Shown here piece after piece: positions 1 through 12,111 of a stretch of DNA of 64,000 nt. The stretch spans positions 106,640,001-106,704,000 of the forward strand of contig OZ024745.1 of assembly GCA_964016885.1 (NCBI GenBank), given 5' to 3'. The position numbers and the translations under genes are program-made. Numbering within the stretch: position 1 is the first letter of the stretch; the number at the start of each line of letters is the position of its first letter. This DNA is from Eledone cirrhosa. Taxonomy: Eukaryota. The notes beneath the pieces are model-generated. The model made no database searches, was not told the DNA's origin, and saw only the letters and a list, made by a program, of their open reading frames with translations.

Positions 1-330
1 CTATTTCCTATCCACTGAATTATTTTTAATAAGTTTCCAGTGTCCTCGCTTTGCCTGGAAACTTACATGAGAATAGACTTTCCTGACGACGGAATGCTTC
101 TCCATTATATTCTTCGGAAAATATATTTACTCCATTCCAGAAACTAATTAGTTGGAAGTGATATTTTAGTAAGTAAGTTAATTTTATAATTTTCTTATTT
201 TACGTCTCTTATATTATTGTTCTGCAACCCCATGCATTGAACCACACTGTTATTAAGACAAAACCTATATATTTTCTAGCATTGATATGCATTTGTATGT
301 ATATATATGTTACTAGATATGAATTCTTTA
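1..330 (+). mobile_element. PLE pseudo-LTR-like / retrozyme-like non-coding unit carrying an HHR; 3' end abuts (TA)n
   Basis: HHR at 77-159 followed by GTAAGT at 169-174. Parts recur at 10363-10527 in inverted+direct arrangement. Shares motifs (TAGTAAGTAA..TTAATTTT, CATTGAACCACA) with the unit at 22667-23340. Confidence 0.7.
77..159 (+). ncRNA. Type I hammerhead ribozyme, long loop II
   Basis: Helix I ACUUUC/GGAAGU; core CUGACGA; helix II (C)GGAAUG/CAUUCC(A); GAAA; perfect palindrome ACUAAUUAGU as helix III; GUU cleavage triplet. Confidence 0.8.
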
Positions 331-1314
<984 letters not shown>

Positions 1315-1513
1315 TGTTATATTTGGGGAGGGTCATATTTGCGTAATATTGCCAGAATTAATAACAGAACACACTCACTGTTTGGTTGGTTTTCGCTTCT
1401 CGCTGTCTTTTATATATATATATCTGCGATCTAACTTACTCGGTCCTCAATGTTGCCATTGACTGACCGGCGGTCAAAAATAATACAGATACAATATAGA
1501 CAAACACATATAT

Positions 1514-1570
1514 ATATAGTTTACATAAATCTTTCGTTGCACATCTGCAACATCGTCAGTGGTGTTATAT
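1514..1570 (-). ncRNA. Minimal type I hammerhead motif in PLE 3' pLTR
   Basis: Minus strand CA CUGACGA U GUUGCA-GAUG-UGCAAC GAAA GAUU UA UG. Helix III AGAUUU is self-complementary with G-U pairs. Helix I is short (CA/UG plus distal AUAUA/UAUAU). Confidence 0.7.
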
Positions 1571-1830
1571 TCATTGTTCCTCCTGTTGTGTTGTATGTCT
1601 ACGCCATTTTTTTGTTCAGTCTGTCTATATATTTATTTATTTATTTGCTTGTTTGTTTATCTTATTTTATTTTGTCTTCTTTGCGCATGCGTTTGCGTGT
1701 GTGTATAGTGTTATGTGTGATGTGTGACTAGTGTGTATAGTGTTGTGTCTGCTGGGTGACTAGTATGTGTTTATGTGCTTGTGTATGTATTTATTTATCT
1801 TATTTTATTTAATTTAATTTACTTATTTAT

Positions 1831-4800
1831 TTATACTTCTCTTAGGTCAGTGTTGTTTGTTTGGGTGTTGTTGTTGTTCCACTCATTCTTTCTGTTTAGC
1901 TTTGGTCTTCTAATTTCTATTTCACTGGCCTCTCTGATTTGCCTATCTGCTGGGTCATTCCTATGTTTAGATATTATTCTAATTTCTATGTTGTCTATGT
2001 TACCGTCATGATGTTGTCTAGCATGTTCGTATAGTACTGACCCGTTTTTTCGTCCTTTTAGTTCCCCCCAGTGTTGGTCTATCCTTTCACCTATGCTACG
2101 AGCTGTCTCACCTATGTATGTTGTTGTCGTGTTTCTGCAAGTACCCTCTGTACATCTTATGCTATAGACTACGTTTCTAGTTTTACAGTTTATCCGGGGG
2201 TTCACCTTACATATGATACATTTCCTATTGGTACAGTGGGTTTTCTTAAAAGGGTAGGTTTTGCTGATCAGGGATTTTATGGTGGTTCCTGGCTTTTCTA
2301 CCACCTTTATTTTTAAGTGGGTCTTTCTCAGGGCCTTTCTACACTGGTTAGCTAATTTCCCTCCAGGGGTGGCGTCCACAAACATGACACTCTGATATCT
2401 CTGGTTGTCGTACCATGATGTGGCCTTCCCTATCTTATGTCTAGCCCTATCTAAGCTATTCCATGATTTGCTCCTGTATAGTGGGCAAATTCCTTTCATG
2501 TCCAGTTCTATGAGGGTCTTATACTTTTCCATGGCTCCTTCGTATACTCTGACTCTGTCTCTTTGGTTGTAGCCAGAGAACTGCATGCGGTTGATGAAGT
2601 GTTGGATGTGTCCTTCCATTTCTGTTGGGTCGCACATGCTGGACACATTCTTCATCACTCGTACCAAATCTGCGATCAGAATATTAAACTTAGCACTACT
2701 GGACATTGCTGAGTTTTTGAGTATCAGGTATTTGGAGGCCATGGGTTTAGCATAGTGTGAGTGGAGAGTTTGGGCTCTCTCGTCTATAGTGTTAATCCAG
2801 AGTTCTGTGTCTAATACAGGTAGTCTATTGTTAGGGTGTTTGGAAGGGAAGTCTATAGTTACAGTTATACTCTGGTGTATGGAATTAGCTATCTGCTGGA
2901 TGCTTTCCATCGTGCTACGTTCTAAATCAAACTTGTTAGTGCTCTCTAGTGGGGGTGTTCTTATAACTATATTGATATCGTCTACATAACGAGAGTACAT
3001 GATGAGGTCTATGGAGCTTTCATTAAGGAGATCTTTAAGTCTCCTTTCCCACCATACCATGAAAAGGTTGGCAACATCGCCAGCTATGCTGACGCCGATG
3101 GCTGCTCCCTCATTTTGGGTGTAGATTTTCTCATTGAACTTAAATATGTGGCCCTTTAGGGTAGTTTTGATACTAGCCCCTATTGCATGTGCGACCATTT
3201 TTCTTACCTGATCAGTGTTTTGGGGGGTCCGTATAGCTTTGGTCCACCCAATCCACCTTCCTATGGGAGTCTTTTTAGCCATTGAGGTTATGGTGGGGGG
3301 TCTACCTCTTATAGGTCTACTAGGGCAGAAACATCTAAGGTCATGGCTGTCTAGGTAGTCAGTGTCGTAGGTAAGTCTAAGTAGGAGGCCCAGTTCGTCT
3401 GTGTCGACGTCGCAGAACTCCACCTCACTCTCAATGATCATCTCCACACATCTTTTCACAGCAAAATCAATGTTAATGGATGGGTACAGTGACACCACAT
3501 CCATGCTGCCTATTATGCAGTTGGATAGGCTCCTGTTTTTGTTGCACTCACTGATTCTGCTGAGGAGGTCCTCTGTACTTTCACATACATCTGGGGACAT
3601 CTTGATTATGGGGCGTATAACCATTGAGAGGAAGTAGGAGATCCTGTAGTTGCTAGCTATATTAGCTCCGCATACAGGTCTTGTTGGTGGTCCTATTGTC
3701 GGGTCGTCGACTGTCTTGTGGTCTTTGCGGAGCCCATACAAGGGTGGTATGCCATTGTTAGACGCCTGGAAGTTGTTGGCAGTGCGTCTGCTTGGCTTTA
3801 GGATGTCAGTCCACATCATCATGTGAGCGTTGAGGATTTTTTCTCTCCCATCGTGTGTTAGTTGTGCAACTTCGCTCGTGTTGGTGATGTGGGGTTGCAT
3901 TGCCTCGATGTAGTTCGGCATGCTATCTATTGACATCCTACCAGACTTATCTGTGGGTAGACACACTACCTCACCATCCCTTGTGCGCTGCTTGAGGCTA
4001 ACCAAGCCTTCTACAGGTTTTATCCCAAGTTGTTGGGCCTCTGGTCTGCTCTGTCTCATAGTGTACCTGTCTACTACTTGTCTAATCTTATTTCTAGCTA
4101 TGGTGAACTGTGCCTCCGTCTCGTCATCTATTTGTTGTGGTATGCAAACTCTTTTATTAAAGGGTAACCTCGTAGGATAGATATTACCCATCTTATATGT
4201 TTTGTCAGCTGGGTTGAAAAATAGTTTCTCTAAGGGGTTGTCGTTATTTCTATCGTCATAGTTGTGTGTGTTGCTATTATTGTTATCATGGTGGTTGTTG
4301 TTGTTTCTATCCTTAGCATTAATATTATTATTGTTATGATTGCTAGATGTATTGTTGTTTACTTCACCGTTATTGTTGTTGTTGTTACCGCTATTTCTAC
4401 CATTGTGGTTGTTACTATTATTATGTTTCTTGTTTTTGTTGATGTTGCTACATGTACTATTTCCATTATTACCACTGTGGTTATTGTTGTTGTTGTTGTT
4501 CGTATTGTTACCGTTATTACTACTGTGGTCACTGTTGCTGTGTCTGTGGTTAACGTTTCTATTATTATTATTATTGTGGTTGTTGTTGTTCTGTCTATCG
4601 CTAGTATTATTACCATTATCACTATTTCTCACTTTCCTGCCATTGTTATGGTTATGGCTGTTATTTCTATACCCAGAGTTATTGTTTATATTACTACTAC
4701 CGTTATTATTGTTGTTGTTGTTTACCTTTGCATTCCAACGTATTTTTGTGAAACACTTTTCCAGCTCCGTTTTGCATTCCATAGGATTAATCTTTTTGTA

Positions 4801-5463
4801 GATGGCAAATTTTGGTGGTAACTTTAGGATTTGTTGTTCTTGTTCACTGATTAAAGTGTTCCCATAGATATTTACTGTGTGGTCATTGGTAAATTCTTCC
4901 GGTAGTTTTACATCACTCATACGGATGTTGTCGATGTTATCTGGGTATTTTTGAGAATATTCGATTTTCCTTTCTTGTAGTTTTTTCTTATTCATCCATT
5001 CTAATTTCTTCTTGAAGTGCCTACAGCATTCGTTTTGAGCATATTTCGTTTCGCGTCGGATGACGCTCATGAAGTCATCTCTCTCGTTTGCTGTGATGAG
5101 ATTTCGGATTTCCTTACCGTTGATGCGTTTTTGTCTGTAGAGTGCGTTGACTTTTGTGTATGTTGTTCTTTTCATATTAACTGTTATTGTGTGTTTTAGC
5201 CGTTCAGCTTGTGTTTTGTTCAATAATAAATTATTTACTTGTTTTGATATGTTTGTTGTGTATGTTTTGGAGGAAACACAGTGTTTTAAGAAGCGGATTT
5301 GTTCTGTTGTTATTGTAGTTTTTATATAACAGAAAACAGTGTCTTTCAATAACCTTTCAGCTTGGCACAAGCTAATGCCATAGCGGCGATGAATTAGTTT
5401 TGCGAGGTTTTTTATATGAAATCGTGTGTCGAAACAGATATTGTTATATTTGGGGAGGGTCAT
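1831..5463 (-). CDS. PLE polyprotein: N-terminal domain, Asn-rich insert, reverse transcriptase, Cys linker, C-terminal GIY-YIG endonuclease (1210 aa)
   Basis: TDKSGR (DKG-like); PPLYGLRKDHK..PTRPV; GSMDVVSLYPSI; QNEGAAIGVSIAGDVANLFM; YSRYVDDI; LPVLD; linker CTNRKCIIC; GIY-YIG VVYSIRC..C..YIGETAR...R..QH ... EAxxI...PKLN. No stops. Confidence 0.95.
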   Translation of the reverse strand: MTLPKYNNICFDTRFHIKNLAKLIHRRYGISLCQAERLLKDTVFCYIKTTITTEQIRFLKHCVSSKTYTTNISKQVNNLLLNKTQAERLKHTITVNMKRTTYTKVNALYRQKRINGKEIRNLITANERDDFMSVIRRETKYAQNECCRHFKKKLEWMNKKKLQERKIEYSQKYPDNIDNIRMSDVKLPEEFTNDHTVNIYGNTLISEQEQQILKLPPKFAIYKKINPMECKTELEKCFTKIRWNAKVNNNNNNNGSSNINNNSGYRNNSHNHNNGRKVRNSDNGNNTSDRQNNNNHNNNNNRNVNHRHSNSDHSSNNGNNTNNNNNNNHSGNNGNSTCSNINKNKKHNNSNNHNGRNSGNNNNNNGEVNNNTSSNHNNNNINAKDRNNNNHHDNNNSNTHNYDDRNNDNPLEKLFFNPADKTYKMGNIYPTRLPFNKRVCIPQQIDDETEAQFTIARNKIRQVVDRYTMRQSRPEAQQLGIKPVEGLVSLKQRTRDGEVVCLPTDKSGRMSIDSMPNYIEAMQPHITNTSEVAQLTHDGREKILNAHMMMWTDILKPSRRTANNFQASNNGIPPLYGLRKDHKTVDDPTIGPPTRPVCGANIASNYRISYFLSMVIRPIIKMSPDVCESTEDLLSRISECNKNRSLSNCIIGSMDVVSLYPSINIDFAVKRCVEMIIESEVEFCDVDTDELGLLLRLTYDTDYLDSHDLRCFCPSRPIRGRPPTITSMAKKTPIGRWIGWTKAIRTPQNTDQVRKMVAHAIGASIKTTLKGHIFKFNEKIYTQNEGAAIGVSIAGDVANLFMVWWERRLKDLLNESSIDLIMYSRYVDDINIVIRTPPLESTNKFDLERSTMESIQQIANSIHQSITVTIDFPSKHPNNRLPVLDTELWINTIDERAQTLHSHYAKPMASKYLILKNSAMSSSAKFNILIADLVRVMKNVSSMCDPTEMEGHIQHFINRMQFSGYNQRDRVRVYEGAMEKYKTLIELDMKGICPLYRSKSWNSLDRARHKIGKATSWYDNQRYQSVMFVDATPGGKLANQCRKALRKTHLKIKVVEKPGTTIKSLISKTYPFKKTHCTNRKCIICKVNPRINCKTRNVVYSIRCTEGTCRNTTTTYIGETARSIGERIDQHWGELKGRKNGSVLYEHARQHHDGNIDNIEIRIISKHRNDPADRQIREASEIEIRRPKLNRKNEWNNNNTQTNNTDLREV

Positions 5464-5640
5464 ATTTGCGTAATATTGCCAGAATTAATAACAGAACACA
5501 CTCACTGTTTGGTTGGTTTTCGCTTCTCGCTGTCTTTTATATATATATATCTGCGATCTAACTTACTCGGTCCTCAATGTTGCCATTGACTGACCGGCGG
5601 TCAAAAATAATACAGATACAATATAGACAAACACATATAT

Positions 5641-5697
5641 ATATAGTTTACATAAATCTTTCGTTGCACATCTGCAACATCGTCAGTGGTGTTATAT
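5641..5697 (-). ncRNA. Minimal type I hammerhead motif in PLE 5' pLTR
   Basis: Identical to 1514-1570; predicted cleavage about 190 nt upstream of the ATG at 5463. Confidence 0.7.
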
Positions 5698-5957
5698 TCA
5701 TTGTTCCTCCTGTTGTGTTGTATGTCTACGCCATTTTTTTGTTCAGTCTGTCTATATATTTATTTATTTATTTGCTTGTTTGTTTATCTTATTTTATTTT
5801 GTCTTCTTTGCGCATGCGTTTGCGTGTGTGTATAGCGTTATGTGTGATGTGTGACTAGTGTGTATAGTGTTGTGTCTGCTGGGTGACTAGTATGTGTTTA
5901 TGTGCTTGTGTATGTATTTATTTATCTTATTTTATTTAATTTAATTTACTTATTTAT

Positions 5958-6926
5958 TTATACTTCTCTTAGGTCAGTGTTGTTTGTTTGGGTGTTGTTG
6001 TTGTTCCACTCATTCTTTCTGTTTAGCTTTGGTCTTCTAATTTCTATTTCACTGGCCTCTCTGATTTGCCTATCTGCTGGGTCATTCCTATGTTTAGATA
6101 TTATTCTAATTTCTATGTTGTCTATGTTACCGTCATGATGTTGTCTAGCATGTTCGTATAGTACTGACCCGTTTTTTCGTCCTTTTAGTTCCCCCCAGTG
6201 TTGGTCTATCCTTTCACCTATGCTACGAGCTGTCTCACCTATGTATGTTGTTGTCGTGTTTCTGCAAGTACCCTCTGTACATCTTATGCTATAGACTACG
6301 TTTCTAGTTTTACAGTTTATCCGGGGGTTCACCTTACATATGATACATTTCCTATTGGTACAGTGGGTTTTCTTAAAAGGGTAGGTTTTGCTGATCAGGG
6401 ATTTTATGGTGGTTCCTGGCTTTTCTACCACCTTTATTTTTAAGTGGGTCTTTCTCAGGGCCTTTCTACACTGGTTAGCTAATTTCCCTCCAGGGGTGGC
6501 GTCCACAAACATGACACTCTGATATCTCTGGTTGTCGTACCATGATGTGGCCTTCCCTATCTTATGTCTAGCCCTATCTAAGCTATTCCATGATTTGCTC
6601 CTGTATAGTGGGCAAATTCCTTTCATGTCCAGTTCTATGAGGGTCTTATACTTTTCCATGGCTCCTTCGTATACTCTGACTCTGTCTCTTTGGTTGTAGC
6701 CAGAGAACTGCATGCGGTTGATGAAGTGTTGGATGTGTCCTTCCATTTCTGTTGGGTCGCACATGCTGGACACATTCTTCATCACTCGTACCAAATCTGC
6801 GATCAGAATATTAAACTTAGCACTACTGGACATTGCTGAGTTTTTGAGTATCAGGTATTTGGAGGCCATGGGTTTAGCATAGTGTGAGTGGAGAATTTGG
6901 GCTCTCTCGTCTATAGTGTTAATCCA
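5958..6926 (-). pseudogene. 5'-truncated duplicate of the PLE ORF C-terminus (thumb + GIY-YIG) inside the pLTR
   Basis: The 303-aa ORF at 5958-6869 is identical to the C-terminus of the 1210-aa ORF. Confidence 0.92.
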
Positions 6927-6963
6927 TATACATATACATATATATATATATATACTTATATAT

Positions 6964-7875
6964 ATATGGGGAGGGACATATTTGTGTAATATTGCCAGAA
7001 TTAATAACAGAACACACTCACTGTTTGGTTGGTTTTCGCTTCTCGCTGTCTTTTATATCGGTAATCTAACTTACTCGGTCCTCAATGTTGCCATTGACTG
7101 ACCGACGGTCAAAAATAATACAGATACAATATAGACACAAACACATATATATAGTTTATCATAAATCTTTCGTTGCACATCTGCAACATCGTCAGTGGTG
7201 TTATATTTTCCTCCTGTTGTGTTGTATGTCTACGCCATTTTTATTCAGTCTGTCTATATATTTATTTATTTGCTTTGTTTATTTTATTTTGTCATCTTTG
7301 CGCATGCGTTTGCGTGTGTGTATAGTGTTTTATTTGCTGTGTGATGGGTGACTAGTGTGTGTTTATGTGCTTGTTGTTATTGTGCTTGTGTATGTATTTA
7401 TTTATTTATTTATTTAATTTTATTTACTTATTTATACTTCTCTTAGGTCAGTGTTGTTTGTTTGGGTGTTGTTGTTATTCCATTCATTCTTTCTGTTTAG
7501 CCTTGGTCTTCTAATTTCTATTTCACTGGCATCTCTGATTTGCCTATCTGCTGGGTCATTTCTATGTTTAGATATTATTCTAACTTCTATGTTGTCTATG
7601 TTACCGTCATGTTGTTGTCTAGCATATTCGTATAGTACTGACCCGTTTTTTCGTCCTTTTAGTCCCCCCCCCCCCCTGTGTTGGCAACATTGAGGACCGA
7701 GTAAGTTAGATTACCGATATAAAAGACACAGAAGCGAGAAGCGAAAACCAACCAAACAGTGAGTGTGTTCTGTTATTAATTCTGGCAATATTACACAAAT
7801 ATGACCCTCCCCAAGTATAAAAATATTTGTTTCGACACACGATTTCATATAAAAAACCTCGCAAAACTAATTCAT
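6964..7875 (-). mobile_element. Older truncated copy of the same PLE with an inverted 5' pLTR segment
   Basis: 6964-7682 is a diverged copy of about 1320-2075. 7683-7875 is the pLTR/ORF start in + orientation ([25 protein letters not shown]). Both ends meet (TA)n. Confidence 0.9.
7150..7206 (-). ncRNA. Hammerhead motif, third copy of the PLE pLTR
   Basis: Core, helix II and helix III identical to 1514-1570 although the flanks have diverged. Confidence 0.68.
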
Positions 7876-7945
7876 ATATATACATATATATATATACATA
7901 TATATATATACATATATATACATATATATATATACATATATATAC

Positions 7946-7992
<47 letters not shown>

Positions 7993-8055
7993 CACATATA
8001 TATATACATATATATATATATACACACATATATATATGCACATATATATATATAC

Positions 8056-8102
<47 letters not shown>

Positions 8103-8205
8103 CACATACATATATATATATACATATATATACATATATATATATACATATATATATACATATATATATATATACACACATATATATATACACATATATA
8201 TATAT
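7876..8205. repeat. (TA)n/(CA) microsatellite
   Basis: Directly visible. Confidence 0.95.
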
Positions 8206-8489
8206 TTCTCGCATACATCGTGCAGGAGTAACACATTGCTTAGCAACAGAAGATTAAACTTGCGTGCTTATCTTGAAAAGATGGATGACTACATCACTAT
8301 AAACAATGAAAGTTTGTTTATCTTCGATGAAGTAACGCCATATATCATTTGTATACTGCGAAAGATCTGCTCCCGTCATCTAGTAACCGGATTATATATA
8401 GTAACCGGATTATATATAGGCATTTACTATATAAATTGGACAACGTCAACAATATATAAGGATACAACTTATTAATAATCATTATCATT

Positions 8490-9085
8490 TTTGCAGCATA
8501 GAGTTTCGGCCCTTTAAATTCTGAGTTCAAATCCCGCCGAGGTTAACTTTGCCTTTCATCCTTACAGGGTCGATAAAATAAAGTACCAGTAATGCACTGG
8601 GGTATGTACTGGCCTTGTGCCTAAAGTAGAAACTATTATCATTGGCAGTGTTGGTAGAGGGTCGGACATCATGCTTTGAAGCATAGAGTTACGTCCCTTT
8701 ACGGTCTGAGTTTAAACCCCCGCCGAGGTTAACTTTGCCTTTCATCCTTACAAGGTCGATAAAATAAAGTACCAGTGATGCACTGGGTAATTGCTGGCCT
8801 TGTGCCTAAATTAGAAACAATTATCATAAAGTACCAGTAATGTACTCGATAATTGCTGGCCTTGTGCCTAAAGTAGAAACGATTATGTTTTGCTTTGTGG
8901 ATTGGCAGTATCGGTAGAGAGTCGGACGCCATGCTTTGACGCATAGAGTTACGGCCTTTGCCATTCTGAGTTCAAATCCCGCCGAGGTTAACTTTGCCTT
9001 TCATCTTTACTGGGTCGATAAAATAAAGTACCAGTAATACACTGGGTAATTTCTGGCCCTGTGCCTAAAGTAGAAACAATTATCA
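8490..9085 (+). mobile_element. Cluster of three tRNA-derived SINE copies plus a 3' fragment
   Basis: Box A-like TGGCAGTATCGG, box B GAGTTCAAATCC, central GCCTTTCATCCTTACGGGGTCGATAAAATAAAGTACCAG (resembles the Meta-SINE domain), tail GCTGGCCTTGTGCCTAAAGTAGAAACAATTAT. Confidence 0.88.
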
Positions 9086-9197
9086 TGTTTCGCTTTACAT
9101 GTTACGAGTAAATGAGAGGAGCTGCTTATATGAGTCTTTAATCCTTCCAGAGATAACAGCCAAATATCTCTCACATCAGACTCAAGCATCTTAGATA

Positions 9198-9835
9198 GTA
9201 ATTGTTTCTACTTTTGGCAGGAGGCCAGCAATCACCCAGTGTATTACTGGTATTTTATTTTATCGACCCCGTAAGGATGAATGGCAAAGTTAACCTCAAC
9301 GGTATATGAACTCATACCGTAAAGGGACGTAACTATGCTGGAAAGTATGGCGTCCGACCCTCTACCGATACTGCCAATTCAAATGATTTCTAGTAAAGGC
9401 ACAAGGCCAGTAATTTGGGAGGAAGGGAAATTCGATGAAATTGACCTCAGTGCGTGACTGGTACTTTATTTTCTAGACCCCCGTAAGGATGAAAGGCAAA
9501 GTTAACCTCGGCGGGATTTGAACTCAGATCATAAAGGACCGTAACTCAATGCTGCAAAGTATGGTGTCTGACTCTCTACCGATATTGCCAATCCACCGCC
9601 CTAAGCATCTTAAACAATGGTTTCTGATATAGGCACAAGGCCAGCAATTTTGGAGGTAGGTGAAAGTCCATTAAATCGACCCCAGTGCGTGACTGGTGCT
9701 TTATTTTTTGGCCCGGTAAGGATGAAAGGCAAAGTTAACCTCGGCGGGATTTGAACTCAGATCATAAAGGGGCATAACTCTATGCTGCAAAGCATGGCGT
9801 CCGACCCTCTACCGATTCTGCCAATACACCGCCCT
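9198..9835 (-). mobile_element. Three copies of the same SINE, minus strand
   Basis: Reverse complement of the same consensus; long and short 3' variants. Confidence 0.88.
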
Positions 9836-10306
9836 AAGCATCTTAAATAATAATTAAAAAAAAAAAGAATACATTAGATAATGTAATGCTGCATATTCCT
9901 CAAACATTGAGCTGTGCCTAGAATGATTTTTATCAAAATTCTATTTAATCACGGTCGACAAGATTTACTGAATGTTGGAAACTGGGACCGCACCCTATTA
10001 CGTTAAATATTTAATCCACCAATCTGGCAAAAGTATACAGTCTTTATTTATTAGTTGTATCAGTCTACGTAGTCGCCCTTGCAAGCACACAAATATTTGC
10101 ACTGGCACTTTGCATTCTGTGATGAAATCCAGCCCTAACATGTTTGGGTAGTAGGTTTAACACTACCATCTAGCGCTGGGATACGTTTATTGGACTCCAC
10201 CCCACTGCAAGCAATTTGGGCAGGTCTTCGTGTGTGTGTATGCCTATATATATATACATATATACACACACATACACATGCATACACACACACTCGCACA
10301 CACACG

Positions 10307-10362
<56 letters not shown>

Positions 10363-10364
<2 letters not shown>

Positions 10365-10527
10365 AGGAATTTATATCTAGTAACATTTATATACATACAG
10401 ATGCATATCAATGCTAGCAAATATATAGGTTTTGTCTTATTAACAATGTGGTTCCAGAAACTAATTAGTTGGAAGTGATTTTTTAGTAAGTAAGTTAATT
10501 TTATAATTTTCTTATTTTACGTCTCTC
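10363..10527. mobile_element. Inverted+direct fragment of the 1-330 unit (PLE-type inverted insertion) between (TA)n tracts
   Basis: 10363-10453 is the reverse complement of about 239-330. 10452-10527 matches about 136-209 and includes only the 3' half of the HHR. Confidence 0.85.
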
Positions 10528-10618
<91 letters not shown>

Positions 10619-10747
10619 GAGGTATCCACAGTAAGTTGTGGAGTCTATTCTGCATGAAGAACTCGATGTAATCCATATGTTGAAAATGTTGTAGGTTAAG
10701 ATAAATCTCAGAAAACAATAAAACATTAAAGGGAAAACAGAGTCATG

Positions 10748-11097
10748 ATATAAGTTAAAACAATGAAATAAAAATCAAGTCATTAGAGATATACTTCACT
10801 GCTTTACGTTCGTTTATAGATGATGATAATACATTGTAGCTATACTCAGTTATTGATCTATGTAAGGTTAGTTACAAACTATCAGATAAAGAGAATATTT
10901 ACTTACAGGCATATCAGAAAACAGCTGGTGTTATGCATGTAAGTAAATATTCTCTTTATCTGATAGTTTGTAACTAACCTTACATAGATCAGTAACTGAG
11001 TAGAGCTACAATGTATTATCCTCATCTAGAAACGATCGTAAAGCAGTGAAGTATATCGCTAATGACTTGATTTTTTATTTCATTGTTTTAACTTATA
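10748..11097. repeat. About 165-bp inverted repeat with about 20-bp spacer
   Basis: 10748-10912 versus 10933-11097 with few mismatches; contains GAAACGATCGTA (HHR 3' half-like). Confidence 0.9.
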
Positions 11098-11109
11098 TAT
11101 ATATATATA

Positions 11110-11260
11110 TATTGTTATACTTTGGGAGGGTCATGTTGCCAATAAGAAACACACGCACCAGTTGCTTTCACTTCAATTTATTATATATTATATAACAATA
11201 TCGGTTTCAACACACGATTTCAGATAAAGAATCTTGCTAAACAAATTCAGAAACGATATA
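11110..11260. mobile_element. Inverted remnant of a PLE related to the 1311-6926 element, embedded in (TA)n
   Basis: Minus strand MTLPKYNN start at 11111-11134; plus strand YNNIGFNTRFQIKNLAKQIQKRY at about 11191-11260, homologous to [23 protein letters not shown]. Confidence 0.8.
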
Positions 11261-11294
<34 letters not shown>

Positions 11295-12111
11295 TTTTTT
11301 GAAAGATATATGCAGAGAGAAAGAAGTATATACCGTTTCAGAAACACATACATCTATCTTTTAAATCTAAACTATAATAAAGTAAGAAGCGCGGGACTGC
11401 GCACGGTTTATAATTTTTTACCCCCTTAGTAAAATAAGTTGGATTACTTTGAATAAATAATGAATGAATTTTACATAATTTGTCTACTAAATTTCGTGGC
11501 TGTTCATTAAATATATTTTATTACTTATTTAAAGATTCACTTCTTTAAAATGTTCAAATATCAACACTTCCGGTTAGCGATCGCTTAAATATATATTCAT
11601 ATATTTCTGTCACTAATTTTCTCCTAATGCAGTTTATATATAATATCGTCTTTTTTTAATGTATCATGGATTACGTTACTGATTACATAAGACAATGTAA
11701 CACAGTCTTCGTTCAATTTCTGTTTATATTGTCAATTACGATTTTATTTGATCATATCTACATGCATATATACTTGCGTATAATATCAATATACACACTT
11801 CACATGCTAGCAGAAAACCACCCGAATTAAGGTCCATTGAGCTTTTGTATTGAGAAACATGGTCATGATACATATTTAAGATGTATACATCCCTTAACAT
11901 AGTATATAGCTACTCCAAATGTATTAATTTGTTGAGTTGAATTGACTGGGACTTGTTTTTCAGAGCTTTTTGGAGCCTCTAAAACTTCCAGTCATGTTTG
12001 TAGCTGCCGTTGAAGTTTTTGACATTAGGTAGAGCGGAGATTTAAAACAAAATCTCTGCTCTCGACAGATATAAAGGTATTTTGTACAGTGTATGATATG
12101 TATTGAGACAC

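Larger units (their letters stand above)
1311..6926 (-). mobile_element. Penelope-like retroelement: full-length unit plus upstream partial tandem copy (pseudo-LTR)
   Basis: 1311-2799 is repeated at 5438-6926 (offset 4127 bp; only two substitutions noticed). Intact RT+GIY-YIG ORF. The 3' end runs 26 nt into a repeat of the ORF start (MTLPKYNNI) and then (TA)n. TA-rich simple repeat on both flanks. Confidence 0.95.

Noticed and set aside
1831-5463. Naiad-type selenoprotein PLE
   Set aside because: No in-frame TGA in the ORF, and GIY-YIG is C-terminal, not N-terminal.
8320-8372. Possible hammerhead (UCGAUGA AGUA...UACU GC GAAA GAUCU G)
   Set aside because: Core mutated, NUG triplet and no helix I; too degenerate to support.
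8642-8730. tRNA genes at SINE heads
   Set aside because: Only box A/B remnants; no cloverleaf; part of the SINE consensus.
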